Shown: positions 37,640 to 50,751 of the stretch, piece by piece
Position numbering within the stretch: position 1 is the stretch's first letter
Layout: every line of letters starts with the position of its first letter
Assembly (NCBI RefSeq): GCF_001194135.2
Contig: NC_068983.1
Span: 32,954 to 96,953 of the forward strand
DNA from: Octopus bimaculoides
Lineage: Eukaryota
Reading direction: 5' to 3'
DNA: 64,000 bases
Notes under the pieces: model-generated
The model's input: the letters and a program-made list of their open reading frames with translations, nothing else
Told to the model about the DNA's origin: nothing
Database searches by the model: none
Program-made: the position numbers and the translations under genes

Positions 37640-38755
37640 GATAGATATATCGATTAGAAGGCATTTTTTTCTTGATGATCTCTGATAACTATATCTGGTT
37701 TATTAGTCTTGATTTTTCTATCTGTGCGTATTGGCATATCCCAGAGTATGGTTGCTTTGTCCTTTTCTGAGACCTTTTCTTGAGTGTTCCTATACCAACT
37801 TTTTTCTGTTGTTATTCCATAACAGTGTATATAGGTCCCAACTCTGTCAAGCCTGTTGGTATATTCCTTCTTAGCCAGGACTGGGCAGCCAGAGACAGTA
37901 TGATTTATTGTTTCTTCCACATCACCGCATATTCTGTATTTTTCTTCATTATGTGTCTGGTAATTTCTGGAAGGGAAGCTTTGATCTTGTGCTGCAATTA
38001 AAAATCCTTCAGTCTTTGCTTTGAGTCCTGAGCTTTTCAGCCATTGTTAGGATTTCACTTGGTCTATTTTTTCTGTTTAGCTTATCCCAATATTTGCCAT
38101 ATAAGGGCTTTTCTTGCCATCGTTTTATCATGATCCGTTGCTGTTCTAGCTTCAGTTTGGATTTCAGTTGTTTTACAGCTTTTGTTGTTTCTTCCTTTTC
38201 TCCATAGTCGTGAGGTACCATTAATTCTTTCCTGTGCTTTTCATCTTCCTCAAAAACAGAAAACAAATTTTTGTGATTTGTGGCTATTTGTACCAGTTTT
38301 CCTTGCTTCTGAATCAAGTATTTTTGTAATCCTATGGTGGTTATTCTGTAATAGTTTTCTAGCTGTATAAGGCCTCTACCACCTTCAATACGTTATATAT
38401 TTAAAACCTTTCTATATCAGATTTTGGGTGGTGCATCCTAAATTCTTTATTATTATTCTTGTTTTCCTGTCTAGTTTGATTCATTCATTTAGAGTCCAAT
38501 TAAGAATATTGTAGCTGTAATTTATAACTGGGACAGCCACACTGTTGAGACCTATTGTCTTGTTTTTCACATTAAGCTCCGTTTTCACTATTAATCTAAC
38601 TTGTCTATTATATTCCTTTATCTTCCATTTGTGTTGTACCGTATCTAGTTCATTGATTCCGAGGTATTTGTATGTCTGGCTTTGGTCTAATCCTTTTATT
38701 TCATTTGCTTTATCGAGTGTGGTATTGTTATTCTTAACTAGTTTTCCTCTTTTCG
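37640..38755 (-). mobile_element. R4/Dong-clade element D (RT thumb to RLE), decayed
   Basis: TYKYLGINE, NSVAVPVINYSY, RWQEKPLYGKY, ETINHTVSGCPVLAKKEYTNR, ILWDMPIRTDR...NKPDIV. Confidence 0.85.
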
Positions 38756-38950
38756 AGATTGGAGGACAGAATCGTAGCACGCCAAACAAAACACCTAGCG
38801 GCATTTCGTCTGTCTTCACGTTCTGGGTTCAAATTCTGCTGTGGTCCACTTTGCCTTTCATCCTCTAGGGGGTCCATAAAATAAGTACCAGACGAGCACT
38901 GGGGCCAATGTAATCGAATTGTCCCCTTTAAGCCTCTAGAAGAAAGGATT
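38756..38950 (+). mobile_element. tRNA-derived SINE with a Deu/Nin-like domain
   Basis: GGGTTCAAATTC B-box, then TTTGCCTTTCATCCT...ATAAAATAAGTACCAG. Confidence 0.7.
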
Positions 38951-40199
38951 ATTATTGTTGTTATACGCATGCTTGGGTTGTTTAGTAGTTCACTTCCCAA
39001 ACAGCGGTTCCTAGTTTCGATTTCAATATGTGGCACATGTTGGGCGTCTTCTACCAGGGACTGCGGTAAGTTTTTGAAGAATGGAATATGGTACATGGGG
39101 ACAGTGTCTTGTTGAATTAAATGAAATTAGGAGGAAGATTGTTAAACTGCGTATTTAGTACACACACACACACACATACACACACACACACTTGATGCAG
39201 AGTGAAGGTTAAAAATAGAAATAATCTTTTGTTGTTGCTTAAATCCCAGCAGTGGACCATTGCATCGTCATTCGATAAAACGAGTTTATAGAGAGAAAAG
39301 TATTGAAAAACAGCAATACATGTCAGATGACAAAGAAACGAGGAAAATACCTGGTGGTCGTGAGATGTGCTAGAAACAACACCTAAATCTCATTTAAATC
39401 ACATACCTTTTCATCTGAATATTATTTTGAAATTATAAACAGAAGCAAATTACAGATTCGGTGTGTCTGTATTTCAAAACTATGATTTTAAAAAAATTCG
39501 GGAAGAAAAGTCGAAATATTAGGATTTATGAGGTTGGGGCCTGGTTAATGAAAAAAAATTTTTTAAGTTTCTCTATTGTTTTAAAATTACTTTTCATTTT
39601 CTGCTTGAAAATAAAAGAAGTGGCGATTATGATGGTGATCGCCGATTTCCGATTTCCTTTTTATACTTCAATGCTTCTCTCATCGTTTTTAAGTGTGTAG
39701 TACAAAAAGAAAAAAAGAAAAGAAAAAAAAAAACNNNNNNNNNNNNNNNNNNNNNNNNNNNNNNNNNNNNNNNNNNNNNNNNNNNNNNNNNNNNNNNNNN
39801 NNNNNNNNNNNNNNNNNNNNNNNNNNNNNNNNNNNNNNNNNNGGGGGCTGGGGAGGATTGGCAAAAAATGCATATATTTTCAAAAATGTGTTTTTAAAAT
39901 TTTTTTGACTGAAAAAGCGTCTCCCATTCTTTTTAAGTGCGTAAGGGATTTAAAAAATGGACGAAATCGGTCCTGAAAAGAGGAAGGGAGGATTCATACA
40001 TATTCAAAAACTGTTTCCATAAAAACCTCTCCCCCCCCCCCTCCATCGCTTGCAACGTTGTGGTAAACAAAGAATTCGAAAATTCTCCGGCAAACAGAAA
40101 ATCTGGATCTTTATGATTTGACGGACAACATTTTTTTGTTGCCATAGTAACGAAGCCACCTTGGCAAAGATTGAACTCTGCTGTGAATACGCAGAGTTT

Positions 40200-40500
40200 T
40201 AACGTCCTGTCTCACTCCTTCTGTTTACAGCAATGCTTGGAAGGAACGTGTGTATTTCACTTCAAGATGGTGGCCCTCAATGAAGTCAGGTCAGGTTTGG
40301 CTTTGACTATGCTCAGTAGAGCTTGAACCAGCTGAAGGGCTTCTAGCATCTAAGAGCTGGGGGACAGAGCCAAAGGTTTTCTTGTAGTCCGACCACATTG
40401 AAATGAGGTTCTTTCGATGCTCTGACATCATAGTTTTGTTGACTAACAATTGCTCGGCACATCCCCAGATTCCCTTCTTCCCAGCTGCTTGTTGTGCAGT
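40200..40500 (-). mobile_element. R4/Dong-clade RT fragment
   Basis: Manual translation QQAAGKKGIWGCAEQLLVNK...WSDYKKTFGSVP. Confidence 0.7.
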
Positions 40501-40927
40501 GAGGTTATTACTTTAACAATGGTCTTGGAGGAAGAGTTTTAAGTATGGTTTCTGCCTGTCTATCTGTATGTATGTACGTAAAGTGCCGTGGATTTGCTCA
40601 ATTGTTAAAGCGTCACACAAAATGCCTTGCAGTATGTGTTCCCATGATTTACATTCTGATTTCAAATCCTGTCGGGACCACTTTGCCTTTCATTCCTCCG
40701 GGGACGATAAAATAAATTGAATTACCAGTCATTTGACTAGTGTCAACGCAATTGACTTCCTCCACACACTGCAAGATTCTAGGCCAAGTACCTCAATTAG
40801 AAACCATTCTGTAGATAGATAGGTTTCTTTATTAGCCACGCAGGGCTCAACACAGAGGGGACAAAATACAAATGTAGAGTTTTTTTCTTTTCGAGGGGGG
40901 CGAAAACAAAGCAAAAAAAAAAAAAGT

Positions 40928-40961
<34 letters not shown>

Positions 40962-41016
40962 GGGGGAGAGAGACAGAGAGACAGACAGATAGATAGATAA
41001 ATAGATAGATAAATAA

Positions 41017-41061
<45 letters not shown>

Positions 41062-41110
41062 CAAATAAATAGCTAGCTAGCTAGCTAGATAGATAGTTAG
41101 ACAGACAGAC

Positions 41111-41177
<67 letters not shown>

Positions 41178-41192
41178 CAGATAGACAGACAG
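40928..41192. repeat. (GATA)n/(GACA)n tetranucleotide array
   Basis: Directly visible. Confidence 0.97.
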
Positions 41193-42446
41193 ATGCACAC
41201 ACATACACATTTATGTGTGCCTATGTAGAGATGTCTGTCTGTGCAGTTGTCAATAAATTTTTTGTAAATATGAACGTGCGCCTGTGCGTGATTGTTTTTA
41301 TTAGCGCATAGGTATATGTGTGCGTCCGCATCGCAGTAGGAATGTGTGTGTGTGTTTGGGCGTGCGTGCGTGTTTGTTTGTGTGTGTGTGTGTGTGTGTT
41401 TGGGCGTGCGTGCGTGTTTGTTTGTGTGTGTGTGTGTGTGTGTGTGNNNNNNNNNNNNNNNNNNNNNNNNNNNNNNNNNNNNNNNNNNNNNNNNNNNNNN
41501 NNNNNNNNNNNNNNNNNNNNNNNNNNNNNNNNNNNNNNNNNNNNNNNNNNNNNNNNNNNNNNNNNNNNNNNNNNNNNNNNNNNNNNNNNNNNNNNNNNNN
41601 NNNNNNNNNNNNNNNNNNNNNNNNNNNNNNNNNNNNNNNNNNNNNNNNNNNNNNNNNNNNNNNNNNNNNNNNNNNNNNNNNNNNNNNNNNNNNNNNNNNN
41701 NNNNNNNNNNNNNNNNNNNNNNNNNNNNNNNNNNNNNNNNNNNNNNNNNNNNNNNNNNNNNNNNNNNNNNNNNNNNNNNNNNNNNNNNNNNNNNNNNNNN
41801 NNNNNNNNNNNNNNNNNNNNNNNNNNNNNNNNNNNNNNNNNNNNNNNNNNNNNNNNNNNNNNNNNNNNNNNNNNNNNNNNNNNNNNNNNNNNNNNNNNNN
41901 NNNNNNNNNNNNNNNNNNNNNNNNNNNNNNNNNNNNNNNNNNNNNNNNNNNNNNNNNNNNNNNNNNNNNNNNNNNNNNNNNNNNNNNNNNNNNNNNNNNN
42001 NNNNNNNNNNNNNNNNNNNNNNNNNNNNNNNNNNNNNNNNNNNNNNNNNNNNNNNNNNNNNNNNNNNNNNNNNNNNNNNNNNNNNNNNNNNNNNNNNNNN
42101 NNNNNNNNNNNNNNNNNNNNNNNNNNNNNNNNNNNNNNNNNNNNNNNNNNNNNNNNNNNNNNNNNNNNNNNNNNNNNNNNNNNNNNNNNNNNNNNNNNNN
42201 NNNNNNNNNNNNNNNNNNNNNNNNNNNNNNNNNNNNNNNNNNNNNNNNNNNNNNNNNNNNNNNNNNNNNNNNNNNNNNNNNNNNNNNNNNNNNNNNNNNN
42301 NNNNNNNNNNNNNNNNNNNNNNNNNNNNNNNNNNNNNNNNNNNNNNNNNNCCTATATATACAGGTAGACGTAGGTATGCACATACCTGTACGTATATATG
42401 CATATACTCATTTATTATTTGTTTTATATATATATATATATATATA

Positions 42447-42830
42447 TTTTACTCTTTTACTTGTTTCAGTCATTTGACTGTGGCCATGCTGGAGCACCGC
42501 CTTTAGTCGAGCAAATCGACACCATGACTTATTCTTTGTAAGCTTGGTACTTATTCTATCGGTATCTCTTTTGCCGAACCGCTAAGTTACGGGGACGTAA
42601 ACACACCAGTATCGGTTGTCAAGCGATGTTGGAGGGGATAAACACAGACACATACATATATGTATACATATATACGACGAGTTTCTCTCAGTTTCCGTCT
42701 ACCAAATCCACTCAAGGCTTTGGTCAGCCCGAGGCTATAGTAGAAGACACTTGCCCAAGGTGCTACGCAGTGGGACTGAACCTGTAACCATGTGGTTGGT
42801 AAGCAAGCTTCTTACCACACAGCCACTCCT
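42447..42830 (-). mobile_element. Near full-length tRNA-derived SINE (head, core, internal microsatellite, tail)
   Basis: Head GGAGTGGCTGTGTGGTAAGAAGC, B-box GGTTCAGTCCC, core CCTTGGGCAAG, tail ending TGAAACAAGTAAAAGAGTAAAA. Confidence 0.88.
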
Positions 42831-42992
42831 ATTAATATATACATTAATAGCGATCACAATTTATTAATTTTGCCTTTAGTCACCCTTTTTAATTTAAATA
42901 TATATATACATATATCAAATAAGCAGCAGATTGACTCAAGGGTCGGGAGTTAGATACGTGTGTGTGTGTAAGTGTGTGTGCGCGCGCGTGTA

Positions 42993-43305
42993 GCCGCAGG
43001 TGTGGTTGTGTGGTAAGAGGTTTGCTTGCCAACAACATGGTTCCAGGTTCACTCCCACTGCGTGGCACCTTGGAAGCTGATAAGTACCCCGTCGTATATA
43101 TGCGTTTGTATGTGCATGTGAGTGTCTTGGTGTCTGCCCCACATCCTTCTTGACAATTGATGTTGCTGTACATACGTTTGCCAAAATTTGACCGAAAGAA
43201 CATGTCCTAAGATTAATATTCGTCCAACTAAAATTGTTTAATGCGGTGCCCAAGCCTGTGACTTCAGTTTAATGAATGAAACAAGTAGAAAGTAAAGGAT
43301 TATGT
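42993..43305 (+). mobile_element. Same SINE family, internally deleted, head-to-head with the previous copy
   Basis: GTGGTTGTGTGGTAAGAGG...CCACTGCGTGGCACCTTGG, then tail remnants. Confidence 0.75.
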
Positions 43306-46300
43306 TCCCTAGACATAACACCTGGACGAATCAGATCACTCCTTACATTTGTCACCTATCAATATTTAGTTTCCACTATTGATCTGTCTTGAACTGAAAA
43401 TGTCTGATATATAAAGCCCTACATATAGCTACAATATGAATCAAGGAAAGTGTATTTTATATTTAGTGTGAAATATTATTAGTAGTAATAACGAATTCCT
43501 GAATCCCTTAAACGTGTATGTTAACGCCGTAATTGCCGACCGTCTTCAGTCAATACAGTTCAAACATCGGTCAGGGGAGGTATTTATTTATTTATATATA
43601 TATTTCTTTTTTTATAGATGAACATATTTAAAGGTCCTTTCACCTGTGGCAGTTTATAAAGGTCACAGCAATATGTGGCCGACAGCAATAATTGTGTAGC
43701 ATTTGAACCTATTGCTCTGACAACATTTTGTTAGAAATAACGACTGCTCCGATAAATTCATTGAAACAAATAACGAAAGACTCAACAGCTTTACTGGACA
43801 ACTTACTTTCAAGTTGGAAGAAATATTTCTTGACTATTGTTCAGATAAAGAGAAATGTTGGGTTAATTAACTGTGTTGATTAACTATGCTAATATGTTGT
43901 AAAACATTTCAGTGGATTACAAGTGAATAACCGCTCAACAGATATAGTAACGAAGCAAGTTTCGATTTGGTTGTTGTTGTTTAACCCTAGCCTTGGTTGA
44001 GCAAACCTACGTATGATCATAGATATTCTAATGTTGACCAACCCGTATGAAAAACTACGTGTGTAATGTGTCCTTCATGTTTTAAGAAAGCAATGGACCA
44101 TTTCGGAGAGTTTGTCCGTTATTTCTAGCTGGTCTCCTGTTGTCCATATGCTGTGAAGAGGGACTTCGTTGAAAACCACTTCTTGTGCAGGAGAATAAAG
44201 GAACTCTTTTTCTGAACAATTCTTAATGTTATCATTCCAACAGAGAATATTTCCCTTCAAGTGTAATTATTAAAACAGGTCCCTCCTTCACCCCGACGCG
44301 AGTTTCGATGGCCAAATCGGTAGAGTACCGAAGGGTTGGCTGTTTATATCTTGTTACCCTAATAGCATTGTTTCTATAGCACATTCCACTTTGTTTGGTA
44401 AGAGGTGACACAGAGAAGAAATAACTGGATCTTTTCTGTTTGGTTGCATGTAGCTGTGGAAATTTTAAAATTTGGTGTATTAATGTAGTTTTCCAATCTG
44501 AATCTCAGGAGATATTTCATTTTTTCAGAAAATTTTTTTTGAAGAGTTATAGAGGTTCAAAGTTTGATGATTTTCTCCCAGTAAGAAATTAGGATTTGGA
44601 AGCTGTCATTTTGTGCGTGACATGTTTTCATATGAAACTGTAAATAAATCAACTTCTGATTTACGCTCGACATATAACCCCCTACCACCACCACCACCAC
44701 ACACACACACACACACACACACAACTTTGAGGAGCGGGGGAATTTTCAGAAAATTTTTGCGAATTTGTTGTATTCTACCCTCGGGAATTCAAACGATTAT
44801 GCAACAACCAGATAAAAAAAAAATTGGTGGGTGCGTGATTTAAGGCCTATTTGGCTGTTATTTTTAACACATCTCTCGACTAGGGCACAAGCAACAGAGC
44901 AGAGCGTCAACGCACATGCTTTCGCATAGAATATATTTGTCAAAACATGTGCTATCTCGCAGACAAAAGAGTTCTCATGTTTGGCTTTTTACTATGGAAA
45001 CATGCATGAATGTGTCTGTGGTTTACGATTGGCTAAAATTACCCAACATTTACTAACTTTAGAGGCAAATAACTCTTTATGAATTTCATGGCATTGATTA
45101 ACATATAAAGCNNNNNNNNNNNNNNNNNNNNNNNNNNNNNNNNNNNNNNNNNNNNNNNNNNNNNNNNNNNNNNNNNNNNNNNNNNNNNNNNNNNNNNNNN
45201 NNNNNNNNNNNNNNNNNNNNNNNNNNNNNNNNNNNNNNNNNNNNNNNNNNNNNNNNNNNNNNNNNNNNNNNNNNNNNNNNNNNNNNNNNNNNNNNNNNNN
45301 NNNNNNNNNNNNNNNNNNNNNNNNNNNNNNNNNNNNNNNNNNNNNNNNNNNNNNNNNNNNNNNNNNNNNNNNNNNNNNNNNNNNNNNNNNNNNNNNNNNN
45401 NNNNNNNNNNNNNNNNNNNNNNNNNNNNNNNNNNNNNNNNNNNNNNNNNNNNNNNNNNNNNNNNNNNNNNNNNNNNNNNNNNNNNNNNNNNNNNNNNNNN
45501 NNNNNNNNNNNNNNNNNNNNNNNNNNNNNNNNNNNNNNNNNNNNNNNNNNNNNNNNNNNNNNNNNNNNNNNNNNNNNNNNNNNNNNNNNNNNNNNNNNNN
45601 NNNNNNNNNNNNNNNNNNNNNNNNNNNNNNNNNNNNNNNNNNNNNNNNNNNNNNNNNNNNNNNNNNNNNNNNNNNNNNNNNNNNNNNNNNNNNNNNNNNN
45701 NNNNNNNNNNNNNNNNNNNNNNNNNNNNNNNNNNNNNNNNNNNNNNNNNNNNNNNNNNNNNNNNNNNNNNNNNNNNNNNNNNNNNNNNNNNNNNNNNNNN
45801 NNNNNNNNNNNNNNNNNNNNNNNNNNNNNNNNNNNNNNNNNNNNNNNNNNNNNNNNNNNNNNNNNNNNNNNNNNNNNNTGGTTTTGAGATGATACTTGGC
45901 TAATTTTCCAAGATTAATTCATGTGTATGAGGGGTCCACCGAATTTGAAGTGCCTCGAGCCCCCATGGTTTAAATCCGGTCTTGCGTATGTATGTATATA
46001 TGAACGGCGTGCAGTCGAGTCGTGCTAGTCATGCACTGCATGTCCGTTGATTTTTATATAACTCAAAAATCAATTGAAGTACGCAATGTATTTATCACCA
46101 CATTGAGAAGTCGTCGAAATCATAGGAAACTGAGCTGAAATAGTTACTTGGTTTCAAAAGAAACCCGTCCAGGTTGATACTTCGCTGTGTTTCCATTTTG
46201 ATTCCACTAGGCAGGCTTAAAGAACGAAGCATATCAAATCTTTTTGTCTCCTCGCTTCCTATCATTCAATAATTCTCATTTCAATACCTGTAAGATTCTT

Positions 46301-47655
46301 TTTTATCTCGATGAAATAACTACGGAAGGCATGCTTTCAGAAAGATGCATGTTTTGGCTTTTCCCTCGTTCAATGTTTGAATGGATTTGACTTCTTTGGT
46401 CCGTAAAAATTCTGACCAAAACACATCAACAATCCCATAATTCTTAATTAGTCAGCTCAAATGTTGCCGTGACTTTGGAATATCTATTTCGCTGTGTCGT
46501 AAGTTTTGAAATTATTATCATTAACCATCCCCTCTGTATTGAACAAAAAAATCCTGAAATCAGAAATATAATATAATTAATTAATCTTTCATTTGTTAAT
46601 CTTTCGCTGATTTACTAAAATTATCTTTGCGTTTTGTTGAGACTCACATACAATTCCCGATCGTAGTTAAATGAGGTAATCTGTGACAAAGAGAAATTAA
46701 GTGTTCATTGAAATTTTGAAGTTACGATTTTCGCCATTTTTTTTTTCAGAATCTGAATCTCCATATCCGAAAATTTGGGTTTCCGTNNNNNNNNNNNNNN
46801 NNNNNNNNNNNNNNNNNNNNNNNNNNNNNNNNNNNNNNNNNNNNNNNNNNNNNNNNNNNNNNNNNNNNNNNNNNNNNNNNNNNNNNNNNNNNNNNNNNNN
46901 NNNNNNNNNNNNNNNNNNNNNNNNNNNNNNNNNNNNNNNNNNNNNNNNNNNNNNNNNNNNNNNNNNNNNNNNNNNNNNNNNNNNNNNNNNNNNNNNNNNN
47001 NNNNNNNNNNNNNNNNNNNNNNNNNNNNNNNNNNNNNNNNNNNNNNNNNNNNNNNNNNNNNNNNNNNNNNNNNNNNNNNNNNNNNNNNNNNNNNNNNNNN
47101 NNNNNNNNNNNNNNNNNNNNNNNNNNNNNNNNNNNNNNNNNNNNNNNNNNNNNNNNNNNNNNNNNNNNNNNNNNNNNNNNNNNNNNNNNNNNNNNNNNNN
47201 NNNNNNNNNNNNNNNNNNNNNNNNNNNNNNNNNNNNNNNNNNNNNNNNNNNNNNNNNNNNNNNNNNNNNNNNNNNNNNNNNNNNNNNNNNNNNNNNNNNN
47301 NNNNNNNNNNNNNNNNNNNNNNNNNNNNNNNNNNNNNNNNNNNNNNNNNNNNNNNNNNNNNNNNNNNNNNNNNNNNNNNNNNNNNNNNNNNNNNNNNNNN
47401 NNNNNNNNNNNNNNNNNNNNNNNNNNNNNNNNNNNNNNNNNNNNNNNNNNNNNNNNNNNNNNNNNNNNNNNNNNNNNNNNNNNNNNNNNNNNNNNNNNNN
47501 NNNNNNNNNNNNNNNNNNNNNNNNNNNNNNNNNNNNNNNNNNNNNNNNNNNNNNNNNNNNNNNNNNNNNNNNNNNNNNNNNNNNNNNNNNNNNNNNNNNN
47601 NNNNNNNNNNNNNNNNNNNNNNNNNNNNNNNNNNNNNNNNNNNNNNNNNNNNNNN

Positions 47656-48498
47656 CTAACCGACCAACCGTAGCCACTAATAAGGTCACGTGAGAGAGTG
47701 TTTTTCTAATGCTTTCTGGAGCCCCTATTTTCCTATAAATAGCCTAAATTATCCGCGGCAATTCGTCGCGACTCAGATCCTCACAGATCTGGTCGTTGAC
47801 CACACACGCGTAACACAGCACCAACCAACCAGCCAGTTCCAGCGACGACATCAACAACATCGTTCAACTACGTACTACCAGCACCGTCGCCAGCGTCAAC
47901 ATGACTTTTCCACGTACACAAGCAGCCGCAGCTTCTCTTCTCAACCCTATTTGTGTGAATCGCCTCACTGCGAAATTAACAGCCAGAATTCGACACCTGC
48001 GAGAGAACATCTGTATTCAAGAATCCGGCCCGGCATCGAAGCCCCAACTTCACGACGAGTGACTTAGCTCTGCCTAACACCTCAACCTCTTCTTATATAC
48101 AGACATTAACTACTGTGTACCCTAACTAAGAACTGGTATATTGTTATCCGCGTTACTGACTCTTATCTATACTCTATATCTCTTGCATTCACATACATGT
48201 ATTACTTGCACACACTCTTGTTTACACGACGGCCTGTCTTACAATATGTTTTATTATGTCGCATTCACACTCACATACAGACATACAATTTAATGCTCCA
48301 ATAAATCTTACTGTTATACATCTTTATCGGTTGCGTTCCTATCTTGTCCTTCCTGGCAAACTTCTTAGAACTCTATGTTATAGTATTATAACATAATATA
48401 TCATTATATTTTTTGTGTCGACCGTGCGACGCGTTTAAAAAGGAGTCTGTTTTCCATTCGTCACCATTTCTCCTTTGGTTCGCACGGTCGTTCTTACA
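47656..48498 (+). mobile_element. LTR-like element (left end in gap) ending in TTACA before (TA)n
   Basis: TATAAATA at ~47733, AATAAA near 48299, terminal ...CGGTCGTTCTTACA shared with 29619. Confidence 0.65.
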
Positions 48499-48931
48499 TA
48501 TATATATAATTGTTAAAGAGGACAACAAACATCAAGACAAGGCAAACATCTCAAGTCATACGTTTCTGGGATATCCCAGAGTATAGGATATTGCCTTAAA
48601 ATTTGTTACCCTCCTTAACATTTACATATCCGCTATATCGAAAATCTGCAATGGCTCCATAACTACCATCTCGACTATAATCTTGGAACCCTCGTAATCC
48701 GTTACAGCAATTACCTAGCGTACCTAATCGTTTAGATCACCTGTGAACTAAACTAAATATGTTATATATATATTACATACATATAAGAGGGATGACCACT
48801 AAGTGGTCATCCATTATGCTAGAAGAAGACCACCTATGGTCTGACCACTAAGAAAAGATTGTTCTCAAGAAAATTCAGCAAACGCCAGAACATACATACA
48901 TACATGCATGCATGCATACTTACATATATCC

Positions 48932-48962
<31 letters not shown>

Positions 48963-49099
48963 CAAAAATCTAGAAGCCGTCATAAGGGCTGCAGCTGAGC
49001 AAAAATCTTTTTTATGCATGGCTCAAAGGATTGTGCAACAACTAACCTGGCTTCATCGGTTCTAGAGTCGAAGCCATCCCCACCTTACATGCAAGACCG

Positions 49100-49700
49100 T
49101 CGCAGTCATGCAAACGAGTCTTTGCAAAACCATTGCAACTACTTTTACAGAGCTTCCTCGCAAATGGTAAACTCCTGGACAAACTAAAGGAGGAAATATT
49201 ATGCCCCATCCATAAAGGAGGAAGCAGAGCAGATGTTAAAAACTACAGGCCTATCCCTCTGACCTCACACATCAGCAGAGTCATGGAACGAACAGTCGGA
49301 AGGAAATTAATTGCATTCCTTGAAGAGAATGACTTGCTGACTGACACCCAACATGGTTTCCGACCAGGTAGAAGCTGCCTGACACAGCATTACAACTGGG
49401 TGCTAAAGCAGATGCACGACAGCTCAAATGTGGACGTGATATATCTCGACTTTGCAAAAGCTTTTGAGAAAGTCGACCATGATATGATTTTTCCCAAGCT
49501 GCGTATTCTTGGCATAATTGGAGAATAGCTACATTACTTTCTAAAAGATATAAGTCAGGTGGCGGTGGTCAATGGGGCCACCTCCGAGGAAACAAATAAT
49601 GAGTGGTGTTGCACAGGGTACTGTCCTGGAGCCACAGCTATTCATAGTGGTCCTCACAGATGAGGGCAGCAATGTCAAACTCCCTCATGCACCAAATGTC
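49100..49700 (+). mobile_element. CR1-group LINE RT fragment
   Basis: PIHKGGSRADVKNYRPIPLTSH...QHGFRPGRSCLTQ...YLDFAKAFEKVDH; SGVAQGTVL. Confidence 0.88.
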
Positions 49701-50496
49701 ACACATCAGAGGAGGTTTAGTGAAAGTGTAGCAAAGTAAATGCCGGTGCACCAGCATGGCCGCCCGCGAGTCCCCTTGACGTACCTAAAGAAGCTTTTAG
49801 GGTCTGATTTTTATATTTCTTATGAGCCAGACTTCTCTGTTTGATCTTTCCTTCTCCTGAGAGTGTTTCAGTTGCTTCACAATCGCCAGCAGCGCTGTTT
49901 CCAGGCGGAGTTTCTTACTGCAGTTGAGTTCTCTGTTGATGCAGTTTGCATTTAAGTATACTTTTTTTCTGAGATACCAGATGAACCCAGATTGCAATAA
50001 GGCATAAAAAGAAGGTTAGTTTTGTCCAACTCACTACTTCACTAGAACTAATTCTGGGGGAAAGCCCTGAAAATAAGATTGAAATAAACAAGCAATGACA
50101 TTAATAGTGGTACCCCAACATGGCCACGGCTTCTCCCTGAAACCAATAATAAAATAATGCTGACAAACATTAAGGCGATGCTCCAGCATGGCAACAGTCA
50201 AATGACTGAAACATGTAACAGAATAAAAGAACAGGCATCAATGTACGTCGACAGCGTTTTTCTTGTGAAATAAAGAATGTAAACATTCACACAAATACAC
50301 ATACATAGATGTAACGGTTAGTTGTCACATACATATACTAACACACAACAGTTTCCAGTTGTCAGGTACTAAATTCACTCACAAAGTTTCGGTTGGTGAA
50401 CTAGAAAACACTTGTCCTGTGTATTACTTCAAACTGCATTTGCTACTGGAACCCTGGGTCAGAAATTCCAGAGTCTTGAGAAGTGTAGAACCACAT

Positions 50497-50751
50497 TGTG
50501 GTGTGATGGAGGAAAAAGACAACAAGAAGCAAAAGGACAGAATGAAACGTTGGACTTTACCTTGTCGTCCGCAGCGGAGTACACGATCGCTCCTGATCAG
50601 AACACGTCTTTCTCGTAACCTCTCTGTTTTCTGACTGACGCACGTGCTAGCCTTCGACCGCGTGTGGCCGACTTCCGGTCTGGTTTCACATCTGTTTGCC
50701 TCATCCCTCTCCACCAACAACACACAGCTCATCACAGCCCATATCACCACA
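50497..50751 (-). repeat. 3' LTR (255 bp)
   Basis: 12 substitutions and one 14-bp indel versus the 5' LTR by hand alignment. Confidence 0.95.

Noticed and set aside
40729-41450. ORFs of IYLS, HTHT and CVCV runs, and similar ones elsewhere
   Set aside because: Translations of microsatellites.
44075-44260. 61-aa minus-strand ORF with natural-looking composition
   Set aside because: No motif, no convincing splice sites and no true ATG context.
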